Shown here piece after piece: positions 63,939-64,000 of a stretch of DNA of 64,000 bases; within the stretch, counting starts at the first letter, position 1, and every line of letters begins with the position of its first letter. This DNA comes from Escherichia coli (GTDB taxonomy: Bacteria; Pseudomonadota; Gammaproteobacteria; Enterobacterales; Enterobacteriaceae). The stretch lies in the NCBI RefSeq assembly GCF_024700885.2, contig NZ_CP117016.1, one strand, 5' to 3'. The notes under the pieces are model-generated. The model was given only the letters and a program-made list of their open reading frames with translations, did not search any database and was not told the DNA's origin. The translations under genes were made by a program, and so were the position numbers.

Positions 63939-64000
63939 GTAGAAACTCTTCTAACGTCAGGCATAAAACGCCCATCGTTATGACGAATTTACCACAGATT

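Overview
This window looks like an Escherichia coli chromosomal segment (not K-12-identical) followed by a lambda-like prophage. All calls rest on reading the sequence and the ORF track and on recalled protein families; no database search was run, and coordinates of non-track features may be off by 1-2 nt. From 1 to about 33.0 kb lies conserved core: yedK-yedL, flagellar region III (fliE, fliFGHIJK, fliLMNOPQR), rcsA-dsrB-yodD-dsrA, yedP-dgcQ-yodC-yedI-yedA, vsr-dcm, yedJ-yedR, an intact yedS-type porin, hchA, hprSR, hiuH-msrPQ and zinT. A 1432-bp IS3-family element (IS1397-like) with a 3-bp target duplication sits inside a REP palindrome between msrQ and zinT. At 33014-33075 a truncated 3' half of tRNA-Ser(CGA) (serU) marks a prophage junction. 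From there to the window end runs an inverted, partial lambda-like prophage: an AT-rich diguanylate cyclase cargo gene (DgcX-like), a mosaic tail-fibre cassette, a complete lambda-type tail and head module (J through Nu1), cos, a mosaic lysis cassette, two phage tRNAs and a tR'-like terminator. Integrase, immunity and replication genes and the intact serU copy are expected beyond position 64000. The best candidates for something undescribed are the AT-rich cargo blocks inside the prophage: the block between the phage tRNAs and the holin (62.1-63.6 kb, small unrecognised proteins including a 6-Cys ORF), the gene pair between holin and endolysin, and the att-proximal region carrying the cyclase.
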